From assembly GCA_905331295.1 (NCBI GenBank), contig CAJNYD010000124.1, positions 1 to 57,412 on the forward strand: a DNA stretch of 57,412 nt. The letters run 5' to 3'. Of this stretch, positions 12,058 through 25,348 are shown piece after piece. This stretch comes from Rotaria socialis (taxonomy: Eukaryota). The translations under genes were made by a program, and so were the position numbers. Under the pieces are notes generated by a model, which saw only the letters and a program-made list of their open reading frames with translations, was not told the DNA's origin and did not search any database. The stretch's first letter is position 1, and each line of letters begins with the position of its first letter.

Positions 12058-14213
12058 TTAAACGGAAATAATAAACAATTGGTCGTCAGTTAGAATAAAT
12101 GTTTGTTCATTTGTTGTTATAAGACCAAGAATTTCATTGTGATTCTCAAGTGATATCATATGTTGTTTAGCGATGCTATCAACAACTTTACCAGTTTTTC
12201 TATTGCGTAAAGATGTACCAGGAAGATTTGACGTAGGCGTATTTTGTTTGTAAATATATAAATGTGTACGTGTATCAGATATTAATGCATATGAATAGTC
12301 AGTTGGGGTAGAAATAAATTTACGGTTTTGTTTCGATGCTTGAACATAGCCGAATGCATTTAACGTTGCTTCATGAGTCCATGGCAATTGATCATTGGAT
12401 GTTATTGAATTTATATGCCAAATAAGTCCGTCAACCTGAAATTAGAAATCATTGCTAAAGCAGGTTGTTACATGTTTTGAATAAAATGTCAAAGAATGTT
12501 CTATTCAGTGCACGGGCCAAGATCACTATATTATGCTTATATAATAGACGTCTGTATTCTCAAAGATCTTTGAAATTATGGATTAGAATAAGAGCGAAAT
12601 TCTTTTTATTTTCTTCTAATGGGCCTTTCTATTCCTATTAGTACAGCTTAACAAACAATTGTAATCAGGTGAAATTCGATTAGTCTTCTGATTCTTTATT
12701 TTATCAGTAAATAACTTACATCATGACGAATACATAATGATGGTGGATTTAATTTTGTGAATAATATTTGATTATTGACCAATGCTTGATGCGTAACAGC
12801 ATGTGTATCACCATCAAATCTTGATAGATAAACATCAGTATCATTTGAATATTGATCGCATTCTTCAAGTTGTTGGCTATTATATGGTTGTTTAAGTTCA
12901 TCGGTTTCGTCGGTATTATTTGTTTCAGGTAGACCATTCATTTTAATATCACCTGACATAGATTTACCTTCTTTAAATATTTCGCTCCAAAATGAACCAA
13001 CATTAGATTTTTGTAAGGTTATTGTTAATTGATTGCTTTTATCTTTTGTAATCACATATGAACTTTCTTTCGGATCAATGTTGTCGAAAAGTATAGCATC
13101 GATTAATATATCATCGTCTACAGAACATTTCAAATGATTCGATTCAATATTAACAGACCATTGTTGTGATTCGCTTGTTGTAATATCGATTTCTATTTCA
13201 ATCATATTATGAGTTTGTGACCAAATATAATGATATGGTGATTCAATTTTTTCAACAACTGGTTCTTTGGGTGGTTCTTCTTTTTTAACCTATATAAAAA
13301 TTCATTAAAACTATTATACTATTTGTATTGCAGTTAAGTCAGAGGCAAATTTTGATAATTTTTCTATGTCCCACAAGGATATCGAGAAAAAAAGGCTTTT
13401 ATTATTAGGCGAGATTGCCATTGATAATGCAAGTAGCGCCGAACTATTTCAGGTCAACATAAAAATGGTAACAACTATATTTACCTCAATGAGTGAATCA
13501 TATTTAAATGTATATAATCCTTCGGCAGCAACATACACACTGTGTCCATTAGATTCAATAGCTACAAAATCTGGCCATTTCTTTCCATTTAATATTCGTC
13601 GTCTAATTAATTTAATTTCACTCGATGATCCAATAGAAAATGTCGCCCATAGTAGTTGACATTCTGCTTGAATAAAGCCAATAATTGCATGTAAATATCC
13701 TTCACAACTAACAGCATGTATTAATCTTATAGGTGATGTTAAATATTCATCGAAATCTTCGTCATGTAAAAGTTTCCATTTTGGACTATTTGTATTTAAA
13801 ACAGATAATTTTGAACGACCATCACATACAAAAACAAGTGAATCACTTATAAAAATCATTGATCCGTATAAACTAGTTTTTGGTAATTGATAAACAATTG
13901 TTGGCTGTTGCAAATGCGAAAAAGATTGATTAGATGTTAAATCTACTTGTTGAATGGAATGCATTTGATCAAAATAGTATAAATCATTATTATTAGGTTT
14001 CCATGAATTTATATAAAGTTGATTTAAAGATTTAAATCCTTTAATGCTATTATACGAATATAAATCATTGTCGAGTTCAATATCTTTTTGTGTGTGAATA
14101 TTATTGTCAAATTTTATTGAATATTGAGCAAGTGGTTCTAGTGTTAAACGATAACCATCGAAATTTGAATTTAATAACTTTTGTTCTGGACGAAATTCAC
14201 GCCATTCAGTCAT
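12058..14213 (-). CDS. NUDCD1: NudC domain-containing protein 1
   Basis: Exons 14213-13485, 13289-12720 and 12435-12058. The N-terminus reads LLNSNFDGYRLTLEPL, followed by a central CS/NudC domain (YIWSQT...ITLQK...FW) and the motifs QLEECD, RHDVDG and NAFGYVQASK. Confidence 0.9.
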
Positions 14214-14323
14214 GATTACTTTTTTTGCTTAGAATATTATCTGAAATAAGTCAAGAAAAAAAATGAAATAAGTTTCCTGGACGGAGCAACATTGTATCTT
14301 ATCGTCACATGGGAACCGAAAAT

Positions 14324-14347
14324 AAACAAACAAACAAACAAACAAAC
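14324..14347. repeat. (AAAC)6 microsatellite, U/GU-rich on the transcribed minus strand, in the DRAP1-NUDCD1 spacer
   Basis: Visible directly in the sequence. Confidence 0.85.
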
Positions 14348-14440
14348 AATATGGTCTAATACAAAACACAGACAACAGGAACATAATAATAAAGACAAAA
14401 AAGCTATACAAGAAAGATTTTATTTTATTTTTTCAGTTGT

Positions 14441-15087
14441 TCATGTGGCTGTATGATTCGGCATGAATGACTCATCATCATCATCGTCATCGTCATCTTC
14501 TTGTTCATCATTAACAAGATCAAAACTTCGCTTATTTGATTTCACTTTGGTATAATATGAAGTCGAATAAGAACGACTCAATTGATGATTAATGTAGAGT
14601 GAATTACTTTGATTGGTAGATGTTGTTGATGGTAGCGGTGATGGATCTTGATAAGGTACACTTAACTGTTGTTGAAATGGTGTACGATTTGATGCTGTTG
14701 ACATCGTAGAAGATGTTGAAAGTGATCGACCACTATTATTATTTGGGCCAGGTGCCATTCGATTAGCTAAATCATGAAGAAACAAAAGACGTGGATCTGC
14801 ATAGATATGTTGTCGAATATGTTCGGGTGTTAAAGTTTTTGCTTGAAGTGACATTGTTATTGATGCTGTTTTCGTAATAAGTTCTTCGAGAAATTGTTCT
14901 AATGCACGAGCAGCAATCACCGGAACTGTTGCAGAAAGTTTACCGACCTAAAAGAACAAAAGTAAAAAATTCTTTCGTAAGAAGAAAATTTCGAAACAAG
15001 GAAAAAAATTACTTCTTCATCTTTTTGCATTAGCCGCTTTATTCGAGCGGGCAAAAATAATGTATTCGGCTTCTTACGATTTGGCAT
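14441..15087 (-). CDS. DRAP1: Dr1-associated corepressor (NC2-alpha), histone-fold protein
   Basis: Two exons, approximately 15087-15013 and 14947-14441. MPNRKKPNTLFLPARIKRLMQKDEE|VGKLSATVPVIAARALEQFLEELI matches the DRAP1 histone fold. The C-terminal tail is acidic. Confidence 0.9.
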
Positions 15088-15996
15088 CAATCAGATCTTC
15101 AACTAGATATGAAAAATATTCGTACCACTGGTGTAAGAAAGACCGTACATCACTATATATTTGACGGAAGAGAATGAGAAAGAGATATTTTGTAACATGG
15201 AATAACCACTTGCAACGCTTTTTTCGGTATGAATGGTGGCGCTAGTTAGCAATTGGTTACATAGTATTTATCGATCGATAAAACATAATAGGGTGATTCC
15301 TTTTTTTTCAATGGTTTCTTTCGAACAACCAACTAGAAAATGACAGAATGGCACTCAAAGCATTAGATTACCGGAACATTTTACGAAGAAATAAAATTTA
15401 AAAGATTTAAATTATATCTCTCAGCCTGCGTATCTAAGTAGGTCATAGAAGAGGAAGAATCATACGTGTTGTCTAACCGCCGACCAATGATTATCATTCG
15501 AAGAGAAATCATTTCTTCGAAAACTTTGCCTTGTAACAACGTGTAGAACGGTACGTCTAAGTAATATCATCAATGATTCTAATAGATCATTGAGCATACT
15601 ACATGACAAAGTCGATTACATTTTGATGTCTAATGGTATTTTGAATCTTATTAAGCATGACTAAAGATTAATCAAGATTGTTCGATGATTATTAAAACTA
15701 GTTAACAGTTTTGATTGAATATAATAAATATTTTCTTAGTAAAAAAATATTCTTTTCATAAAACCATTCTATTTGTTTTTCTGTGACAAAGCAAAACTTG
15801 TGCAAATAGAACGGTTCAGGGAAATTTGAATTGTTTACAAAAATTATCTATTTACATCTTTGAATCTAATTTTTAACCCGAAAAAAAAAGGAATAACATA
15901 TTTAAAGATATCGTCTAATTAACATCAGTCAATGATTTCCATACTGAATACTTTGTGTTATTTCAGATTTCTATTAAGAAAGAGATTTGTCATCAA
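15088..15996. promoter_or_regulatory. Divergent intergenic region between the DRAP1 cluster and PRDX4, a probable bidirectional promoter region
   Basis: Head-to-head start codons at 15087 (-) and 15997 (+). Based on arrangement only; no specific motif was identified. Confidence 0.4.
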
Positions 15997-17119
15997 ATGG
16001 TGCTCTCCCTTTCTCTCGTAGTTTTAGGGTTTTTTTGCAGTTCATTAGTTCTATGTAAAAGAGATGAACCTGTATGTTTTAAATCTACGGATAGCAGTGG
16101 AGCCTATCCATGTGAAAGTCGTCCAAGTAAAGAACCACTCAGTTTACAGTACAGCAAAGTACAAAGTTCGTCATTTTTGTTTTGTTGAATCAACAATGAT
16201 CTTGATTATTTTATTTTTAAATAATTTAGTTAGTAAACCTGCACCATTCTTCGAAGGTATCGCTGTTATCAATGGAGAATTTAAAGAAGTTAATTTGAAC
16301 GATTTCAAAGATAAATATCTCGTGCTCCTCTTCTATCCATTGGACTTGTAAGTTGAACTATATATACATGGATAATATCTTATTGGTGCGTTTTTTTTAA
16401 AATAATTATTAGTACGTTTGTATGTCCCACTGAAATCATCGCTTTTGCAGATCGTATTCAAGAATTTAAAGATATTAATACTGAAAGTATGCCGAAGTCA
16501 TTTTTTTCTTTTTATACTCAACTAATATATATTCTATGTTGTTAGTTGTTGCAATCTCGGTCGATTCACAATTTACTCATTTGGGTACGAATTTGTTTTT
16601 TTCATCGTAAGACTTTTTGTAAATATTCTTCTATTGTTTACAGCCTGGTTAAATACACCGCGTGAACAAGGTGGCCTAGGAAAGATTCAAATTCCACTCT
16701 TGTCAGATTTAACACATCAAATTTCTAAAGATTATGGTGTATTTTTACAAGACGTCGGTCATGCATTGAGGTATGAATTGCAGAAAAATCAATCAGAGGT
16801 TTTGTTTTCCTACCATTTACTTGTTTTAAGAGGATTATTTATTATTGATGGCCGTGGTATTCTTCGTCAAATAACAATGAATGATCTCCCTGTTGGCCGA
16901 TCAACTGATGAAACACTTCGACTTCTTCAAGCTTTTCAATATACTGATAAACATGGCGAAGGTAAATTTTCATTTGTTCTATAAATTCAGTACTAAATGT
17001 TTTGTTTTCTCCTTTCAGTATGTCCTGCTGGTTGGCGTCCAGGCTCAGACACAATTATTCCAAATCCAGAAGAGAAACTGAAATATTTCAGTAAAAATTA
17101 TGAAACAAAAAAGAACTAA
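15997..17119 (+). CDS. PRDX4: Typical 2-Cys peroxiredoxin with signal peptide (peroxiredoxin-4-like)
   Basis: Signal peptide [20 protein letters not shown], then SKPAPFFEG, the peroxidatic motif [14 protein letters not shown] (split by an intron), [14 protein letters not shown] and the resolving motif GEVCPAGW. Several short introns; stop TAA at 17117-17119. Confidence 0.93.
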
Positions 17120-17853
17120 ATTATTTGATTCTGTGCGACTATGATTTGCATTGCACAGATGCAACAGTTTGTTGAGAATGGAATCTGACAATCATACGTG
17201 CAATTGTTGTTGGTTGATTTTTCTTCTTATTATTTGTTCTTGAGGGTTTTACTTTAGTCTCGTATATAGTCGGTAATAAAAACATCGTTTTCGCGTTCTT
17301 TTGTTCATTTTAATGGATACTTTGCCTTAAGGTTCAAAACAAACGTGTGGTATGATTTTGGCCAATTGGATTTATCTTTAGGAAAAGCAATAATATTGAA
17401 TGAAAAAGAAGGGTGCAAAATTTAACAAAAAAAAATCATTAGATTTGAGTATGTTCGAATCATGCGAATCGAAAATCCTAAAGGATAATTTTGACAAATA
17501 AATATTGAAGAGGCTAAAATTTAATCTTAATGAAATAAGTGAATGTTAAACTTCGGCAATAAACCTATATAATGCAATAGTGCAGGCACTGCAAGGATGT
17601 TGTGTTCATGTTATAGTAAAGAAAACTGATTTCAGTAAACATCTGTTTTTTTTATTGTTATGTATAAGTAACATGCTTCTAGAATAATAAAGTCACATTT
17701 TATTTAAATAAAGGTGTTTTGCCATCTGAATAGGATACGTAACAAATCATCGTTATTTTTTAAGAACGCAAAGGGTTGAATAAAAGTTAGTCAAACCTTG
17801 AAAGGAGTTTATTGATGTATTTGTTTATTTATATGTAACGTGATTAAATGAAA

Positions 17854-18624
17854 TTAAACCACAGATTGTCGAAGAACCGGATTAGAATTTGGATTGTTTC
17901 CATGTTCTGTCACGAATGGACTTAATTTATTAAATCGTTGTGAAATCATCGTTTGATCTTGATTTGGAAGTTTATCTACAAGAAATCGATAGCCTGGCGC
18001 TGTTTTCATACGAATTGTTTTCGATGGGTCAGCACGAGGCGAAGCAACAGAACCGACTGCGAAAGAAAAAAAACAAAGGAAAGCTTAAGTTTCTATATAT
18101 AGAAGTGAATTTATATTTAGTTTTACGTCGTTCTTTTAAAACTCTTGTTACATTATTTGGCAATGGTTGTTTCATTCGAAGCGATTGATAACGCTGACTT
18201 TCGAGCGAATCATAAGATAAAATACGATGATCAATTTCTTTTGAAAGCCGTGCCGATATATTTCCTTCGTAGCGATAAAGTGGATCGTTATTAACTCGAT
18301 AAGAGTCGAGTGATGGTGTTGATAAAATCAAATCACCTGAATATAGAAAATCAAATTGTATTATTAGGTTTTTTTTCTTCATCGGCTAAGAGAGTCGAAC
18401 GATTTTCAACTTCTTCTCTACAATTTTATTCACGAAAATGAATCAAGAAATCGCTTTTATTTCTTGAACTCTACGCTTTTTCAGAGTTAATTACAAATAG
18501 AATTTATTAAATTTTTTTAAACATTACCAGTTGCATTGATATGAAGACCAGTATATGGCTTGACATGACTTGGATCCAAATTCTTTGAAAATAGTACCGC
18601 TCGTATCGAATCGACATTCGCCAT
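17854..18624 (-). CDS. Uncharacterised protein of about 170 aa, three exons
   Basis: ATG at 18624 (MANVDSIRAVLFSKNLDP...). Exons at approximately 18624-18528, 18336-18127 and 18056-17854 splice in frame through GT-AG introns to a TAA stop. No family recognised. Confidence 0.6.
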
Positions 18625-21600
18625 TCGTTGATGATTGTCTCTGTTTCGCTTCTGTGTTACTAAATGTTTTTGTCACTATGAATGTACACGAGTCGATGTC
18701 GTGTTGTTGAAAGAGATCTGGCCACTTGCCGTTATGATGTGTCGATAAGATTTTCTTTCAATTCTTTTTATGGAGAACAACATACAACTGAGAAAAAGAG
18801 AAAGAAAAGAAAGGTAATTTGTGGTCGACTACTACAAAATCTGGCAACATCTGTGTGCATGCATGCCGATTAGTTACCGAACACTACACAACATCATTCG
18901 GAAAGAAAAATTTCTAAAGAAATATATGTTATGTTTACTTGTTTTACATGTAAATATTTATTTGCTAAATATAATCTGCTGCAAAACTTTTAATATATTT
19001 CTCTTCTCGATCTCAATAAGACTGAAAAATTTTGAAAACCCAAAAAGCGTAGGAAAATAATTCATAGTTTATGTTGATGGCATCGAATGAAGAAAGAACA
19101 TTCTCGATGTCACATCATATATGACATTTGTTTTAGAAACTTGTGAATGAAATTACCCGTGTAATTATTCTATGTAATACAAGATCGAATTAGTATGCGT
19201 TTAAATGCATATCGAAGTTATTATTGCAAGTAAATTCGATGATCATAGACATACGAAATAACTTCAAAGCAGTATTTATTTTTGTTTTATAAAATAATTA
19301 TTTTTCGTCTTTGACAAAGGTATTTTTCATGTATCGAGATCGTTTATTAGAAATCGTTATTTCTGTACTATTGGACCACTTCAACATACATTATTTATTT
19401 TTTCTCTTGAATGAAAGATCACTTGAATTCAATCGAAAAAACTGTTTCAAAAAGAAACACTTCAACTTTATTTTATTTTTTCAAATAAAATGTGAAAATC
19501 TTCAAGTCCACCATTGCAATGAATCAAACCGATCGCCCACTGAAGTTTATCCTGTATAAATATTAAACTCTATCAGCATACAGAAACTGTAATATTCACT
19601 TGAAGTTTTGCTAACGTCATCATGTCACATGATTATTTCTAGCGAAATACTACCAAAAAATTTACTAAAGTAACTACACCATAAATTACTCATTGTCGGT
19701 AGTAGAGAATCATTTTTACGATTCTTCCTCAAATTTTGTTTTTCTCTACCAATCATCAAATCCTTTTGTATACAACAGAACACAGCATAACATGTATCAA
19801 TCTAAGTCTTCTAAAAGCTATTGTGCCGGAGTTCGACCTTCTTATGTTAGCAGTAGTGGATATATTTTCATCTTCTGATCGTATTTGCCGGAGGTATGAC
19901 GAATTACTAGTTGAATCAATGTTTTGTTTGGAATTATTTTGAAAGACGTATGACTCATTGCCACTGGCGACTGTTTACGAATGAAAAATGTCAAAAAAAC
20001 ATCACTCATAAAATAATCAATGTAGATTTGACATTTCTGATATACCTAATGATGCTACTCAAACATAATTTAATATCCAACACTAGTTGCTTATGATGAT
20101 TACGAACAGTCAATTTGTATCGTCTTTAATTTCTATACCGTTCTTTTGTAGCATTTCAAGTGGTTGAAATGGGATTCACTTGAACCTAAATTCTTACATT
20201 GAGTGTTCGATAAAAATTATTAATACAAAAATAGTATTATTGATTCATATGAATTATTAGTTAAGAATCAAAATGTAAATCAGTGATACCATACTTTAAC
20301 AAGCAGATTCTTCAAGAATCAATCTACAAAGAATACGTTTTTATAGTAAAATAAACGCATACTAGTCGAACTCAAAAGTTAAAAATAGTAGAAAATTATG
20401 CATATAAACTACGATGAAAATTAATAGCTAAGATCCTCATTATGTTAATGGCTTACAATATTGTCTATGCACGAGTTTCATAGAATTTAAACAAGTTGAT
20501 TTATTTATAATTTATCTGATCCTTTTACAATTGCTGAACAAGACTAAGAAACATTATTATATTATTTAAAAGATTAAACAAGCATTTATGAACATTATTA
20601 TCAATTAGAAATTATTATCGGATGAATCAATAAATATCTAGTTAGTATTTTTGTGCATTCAATGTGACCAATAATCCTATGCTGATGTTTGGTGCAATCG
20701 CGAAACTCGTATCTAATTGATAAAAGCATTTTTACATCAAATATTTATTTTTGTAGACCAAACTATTAACAATACAATTTTATTTTGATCTGTTTTTCTT
20801 GTCAATTGAATGTGGTATTCGTTTGAGATGACACTAACTTGAACAATCTGTTTCCCGAAGATAAAATGAATTTTAGTATCTCTTCATCTACAACATGCTC
20901 CAGCTCGTATATCACGTTCTTTATAGCTCAATGGTTGTTGTGTTTTATTGTTTTGACTCTGATGCACTTTTCTATGAAAACAAATAGTCGAAAGTTTTTA
21001 GAATAACATATTTGACACATAGCTAAGGACTCTATACATTATAATTCAGAATTCAATTGAAAAAATGATTAGAAAACGTTTTTTGCATCAGATTTCTTTT
21101 TGAAAGTCGTTACTTTTTAACTTCTATTTTGACTCCCCAATCCGAATCAAATAACCAACAATTCAGCACTTATAAATGTTTCTTTGTACTCAAACACTTT
21201 AATTAAATTCTAGTTTTTGTTTTTATTTATCAACTCTCTCACAATCATGTATCACGGTGAGTATTTTTCAACATACTTCTATTTCGGCATGAGTTTGACT
21301 TAGTCTAACACGTTGTTGACGTAAAATCTCAGAAACAAAGTTTTAATGGCACTTGTTCGAATTTACTTCGCTTTACATGAGTTGAAAATGAACCATACTA
21401 GATTAGGAGTCGATAATGTCGGGTGTAAATAAGTTATAAAATCATCTGATAAAACTATGGCTGATGCAAGAGCTGAACTTAGTGCTGGTAACGCCATCAA
21501 TCACCACCAACAAGCTATGCCAATAAAGGTAGAGATAGTGAACAGAGACATAGATCGAAAATGAGAAAGAATCAATTCAAATTGTCATTCGATATGTTAA

Positions 21601-22995
21601 ATACTAATTTACTCTCGGCAGTACTAAACTATAGAAGGTTATTCGTTCATGTGACGTCAAAATAAAACAATGCAAAAACGGATTATATTTCTAAATTGAC
21701 CCAGCCGCTATATATATATATATATATATAATTAAGACACGTAAAAGAAAATGAAAGACACGCAATGCAATACGTAGCTATTGCGAGAATAATATTACCT
21801 TTTTTTTACTTGTTTTGTCTTTCTATTTTCTATAAATTATTTATCGATGAGAACTGAACGAAGAATCTTCAATTTTTGTGATATTATCGAGTCCTTGAAA
21901 GCAGATTTTGACAGCATAAAAAATTCTGTTCATTGAATTCCTCAATTATTAACAATTTGTTTTTAATGAAAAACGTAGCGGAATATTTTAGATTTTTGAG
22001 AAATATTTTTTAACGAGAGCTTTGAATGACTGAAAAAAATAAACAACAAGAAAAATCACCTATCCAGTATCGAATAAAGCTTTTTGTTGGTAGATATCTG
22101 TATCATTTTTTTCCCAAAGATAATTGTATTTGTGAAAGTTTTGTTCATCTACTATTGTCGAAATAATGAACATAAAAGCACTATAATGCCACTAGAGACT
22201 TTATCGATCATTGTGAAACATGAAGACTTTAATATAATCAATTTTAGCATAGAAATTCACAAATGTTGAAATTAAATCGTATATAAATACAACCAAGATT
22301 ATCGTAGAATAGTGATATCGCGATGCTTCGTATGGCATCACTGGTTTTAAATTTTGCCTGCTAAGAAACATCATTGATTATTTCACTAAGTGTATAAAAA
22401 ATTAGAATTTGTTTGAGACGATGATCGTTTATTTACTAAACAATATCTGTATCCAAAAACATACAATTTGTGTCGTCAAAGACGAGGATGCAATAAAATG
22501 CATGTTTATACTACACAGATGGGTACTGAAGCGATACGATTTATACCTGCATTTTGTATTTTCTACACTTCGCTTTCAGGTGCGTCATAGTTCGACGATT
22601 TGTAGAGCAGCAAGCTGAAAAAAAGTATCTTGTAAGGATGCATATTTTCTGAAGATGATTTTATCATCACCTACAGTTAATAAATAAAACGTTGGAGCGT
22701 TTTTATTGTTGACAAATATCAAAAGAAAAATAACGCTTCATTCGATTATTTAATGTATGACTTGGATTTTGCTCACGCCAAGAGATAGGATCAGTTCAAT
22801 TAATTAACAAATCAGTACAGGCTTTTATTAGAATCGATAATTGTACCCATGAGTAAGTATAATGTTTACATTTTCTTACCTGTACTCGCAACCATCAGCA
22901 TTTGAAACAAATGATCCGTGATACGATGAAAGCTTTTCTCAAATTATAGTTGAAGTAACGAACTATTTCTTATTCAACATCCGAAAATACGACGA

Positions 22996-25348
22996 ATGTC
23001 AAGATTATATTCTTGTTTATCGAACTGGAGATTTGTTAAAGTAAGAAATTAACTACCACCAATCATATTACAATCTGTGTGTATGCATACTTTTCACTAG
23101 ATATAGATATGAAAAAGAATAAATGTAAGATTCCAATCGAGCGATAGATTCACACGTGTAAAGTCGTCTTTCTTGAGTTTTTTTGTATCAGCTAAATAAA
23201 GTGAATCTTGGATCGGAATCCGTAAACTTCTTCTTATTAAAATTCATCTACAAAGTCAAATATCTCTACGTATATTAATATTTTTATATTTATTTTTGTT
23301 TTCTAGAGATTGAAAATCCCATTGGTTATTTTTGGTCTAGCAATCCTAATAGGGCTGGGTGTTCTAGGATTTATCACAATAATTGTGCTGAGCTTGAATC
23401 GATTGTACTTAGCAAATGCACCATCAAATATCATCGTAGACCAATATAATGGTTAGTCGACGCTGTCATTATGCATAATAGAAAATCTTCATAACGCTTG
23501 AAATTCTATCATATCCATAAGTAGAGGTTATTGTTTTGTTTTAACGTGTAAAAACACAGACGTTGAAAGAAAAACTAACTCGTAGCATCTCACTGGTTCA
23601 GATTAAAGGAAAAGAAAAACTGGAAAAAAAGAAAGCTTTCAACCAGATAGTTAATTTGCTCTTGTCAGGAAAACTCTATTGGAGAAGCATCATTTCTCTT
23701 TTTTTTGGCAGAACAACATAAATGAGAACTATTTCATCTACTTTTTTTCTTCAAAATTTGCGAGTTCAAAAACGCTTTCTTTATCTTCAAAAGAACACAC
23801 ACGGACTTGCTATTCAGGTGAAGGTAAAGGTAAACCCATGAGTGACGGGCAAATAACAAACTATAAGTTTAATATAGCTCTAGTTTTCACTGTTTTGTTC
23901 TTGTAGAGTTGAATCTACTTAATAAGTAGAAATTAAAAAATTCTGGATAGTTATTATTTCGGAATTCATAAGTCATATGATAAACTGAAGCAATTACTTT
24001 TCGGCATTTCTCTTTTAAAGCATATCCAGCTGTACTCTACGTTTGGTCCGGACAAGATAGAAGTGTATCGAATGCAGCTGATTTTGTTGCCGTAGTGGAT
24101 TTCGATGAAACTTCTACATCCTATGGGCATATTTTAAAGTATGTGCCGCTTGTTTCAGACTCTTCGAAGAGTATCGGACAAGCAGGAAACGGGCCACATC
24201 ATTCCAGCGTTTCTTCCGATGGAAAATATTTTATTACTGGAGGTTTACTCAGTTTTCTCTTGAAACAAAAAGAAGTATTTGTTTGGGGCGTTCCATCGAA
24301 CCCTGCCAATGGACCCGAGTTCTTATACGCACTGGATGTACCAGGTGGTTGTCCAGGCGAATTTTTACCTATAGGTCGTGCCAAGTTTATTGTCAGTATG
24401 ATGTGTAGCGAAAGTGCAGTTAGTCCTGGTGATATGACTTTTATTGATGCTAGTACAGGCGTCTTCCAATCGTTGTCGAAAGGTAAATCTGCATTTCAAA
24501 ATTTTAACCCTCGTGGATTTGGTCGAGTCGAAAGTGGATCAAACTCTACTGCTGATTACATCGAAGCCCTATCATTGACTGGTACTGATGCGCCAAAAAT
24601 TAGTTTTCGAAATACAGTTCGATATATTTTGCCCGATGGAAGTTTAGCACGGGCTTTTAATTTCGATGCTCCTATAGAAGTAAGTACGACGAGTGGAGTC
24701 GGACAAGGCATTGGTTTCATGGAACTGAAAAAAATTCCAAATGATCCACTCGACCGTTCCTTCGCGCATGGAAACAATACAAATAAGTTGTACTTGTTGG
24801 GACCAGGAATATCTGAACCGAAGCTTGTTTATGATCTTTCTCAAGTGAGTGGTCATAAGAAAGCATTTGGCGCAGGAATAACATCAATATTTCTCAATGG
24901 TAAGCGTTTGTTGATGGCATTTCAAATGAGATATATTATTTTACTTGATATTACAAAACCTGAGACTCCATCAATTCTTCGAACATTTGATTTCTGTTCC
25001 GATAAGTCGCTTAAGAATGAACTCCTTCAAGTTTCAAGTAGCAATCAAACGATAACGTTTCGACAATTCTGCGCACAAAATAAGAATAAGGCTGGTTCTC
25101 ATGTTCTCGTTCATCCTAAAGGTGAAAGTCGATTTATCGTTATTAATTATTTTCTTAAAGTCGGGTTCGCACAATTTAATGGTACTCGAACAGTACATGC
25201 ATTTAAATTGAACAAAAAACTAACAAATTTTGAGTATGCCTCTCGATTTAATCCAAACTTTCAATTCGACTCGCCATCAGCACCAGTACGTTCGACACTT
25301 TATTCTCTCAAGGCTTATCCACATCATTCTCAATACATAAAATTATAG
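22996..25348 (+). CDS. Membrane-anchored selenium-binding protein (SBP56)/methanethiol oxidase-like beta-propeller, bacterial/fungal type
   Basis: Exons 22996-23040, ~23307-23451 (TM helix IPLVIFGLAILIGLGVLGFITIIVL) and 24021-25348 join in frame. LYVWSGQD...DFVAVVDFDETSTSYGHI...GNGPHHSSVSSDGKYFITGGLLS resembles the N-terminus of microbial SBP56-related proteins as recalled. Confidence 0.7.

Noticed and set aside
18682..22618. Short ORFs in the 4-kb gap, including a hydrophobic minus-strand stretch near 21360-21550
   Set aside because: No recognisable domain, internal stops, and no consistent splice structure.
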